A stretch of DNA of 63,994 nucleotides, counting the filler, from Octopus bimaculoides (taxonomy: Eukaryota), in assembly GCF_001194135.2 (NCBI RefSeq). It is 8 parts of 7 records of this genome, joined end to end, with 100 filler letters (N's around TTAATTAATTAA, not from the genome) between each part and the next. Parts side by side here need not be neighbours in the genome. Positions count along the whole stretch, not along the records: positions 62,984 to 63,994 come from NW_026355642.1; 7 more parts are not named here. One strand, 5' to 3'. The translations under genes were made by a program, and so were the position numbers. The number at the start of each line of letters is the position of its first letter. Positions within the stretch are counted from its first letter, which is position 1. Positions 63,859 to 63,994 of this stretch are shown piece by piece. Below the pieces are notes generated by a model that made no database searches, had not been told where the DNA came from, and saw only the letters and a program-made list of their open reading frames with translations.

Positions 63859-63994
63859 GTCATAATGCTGTAAGAGCTGGGTCAGGCAGCTCCTACCTGG
63901 TCGAAAGCCATGTTGGGTATCAGTTGAACAACGAAAAAAACAAACTTTTTTATGTTTTCGTTTCTCATTGTGTTTAACGTTTTTTTGATGTCCT

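Overview
AT-rich animal genomic scaffold with many N gaps and no prokaryotic features or CRISPR. The dense tRNA-derived SINEs and microsatellites resemble cephalopod (Octopus-like) DNA; this assignment is inference. Genes found by splice-site and phase analysis, which the ORF track misses: (1) three phase-compatible + strand exons (25730-25811, 28634-28773, 30625-30839) encoding a divergent calpain domain III, with no catalytic-domain exons recognised upstream and a stop/frameshift-ridden EF-hand-like segment near 35.7 kb; (2) a candidate - strand gene for a small secreted Cys-rich protein (exons at 21.4, 20.9, 8.8 and possibly 5.8 kb). Mobile DNA includes Penelope-like (PLE) remnants, two families of minimal hammerhead-ribozyme (HHR) repeats (one carrying a tRNA-like Pol III head), a GGATC-ended MITE family with verified 8-bp TSDs and a telomere-repeat core, several fold-back elements, R4/Dong, CR1-like, Gypsy and Tc1/mariner remnants, and a composite Helitron-ended/PLE-fragment element beside a (TTAGGG)n hairpin at the window start. 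Repeat boundaries were read by eye and are approximate.
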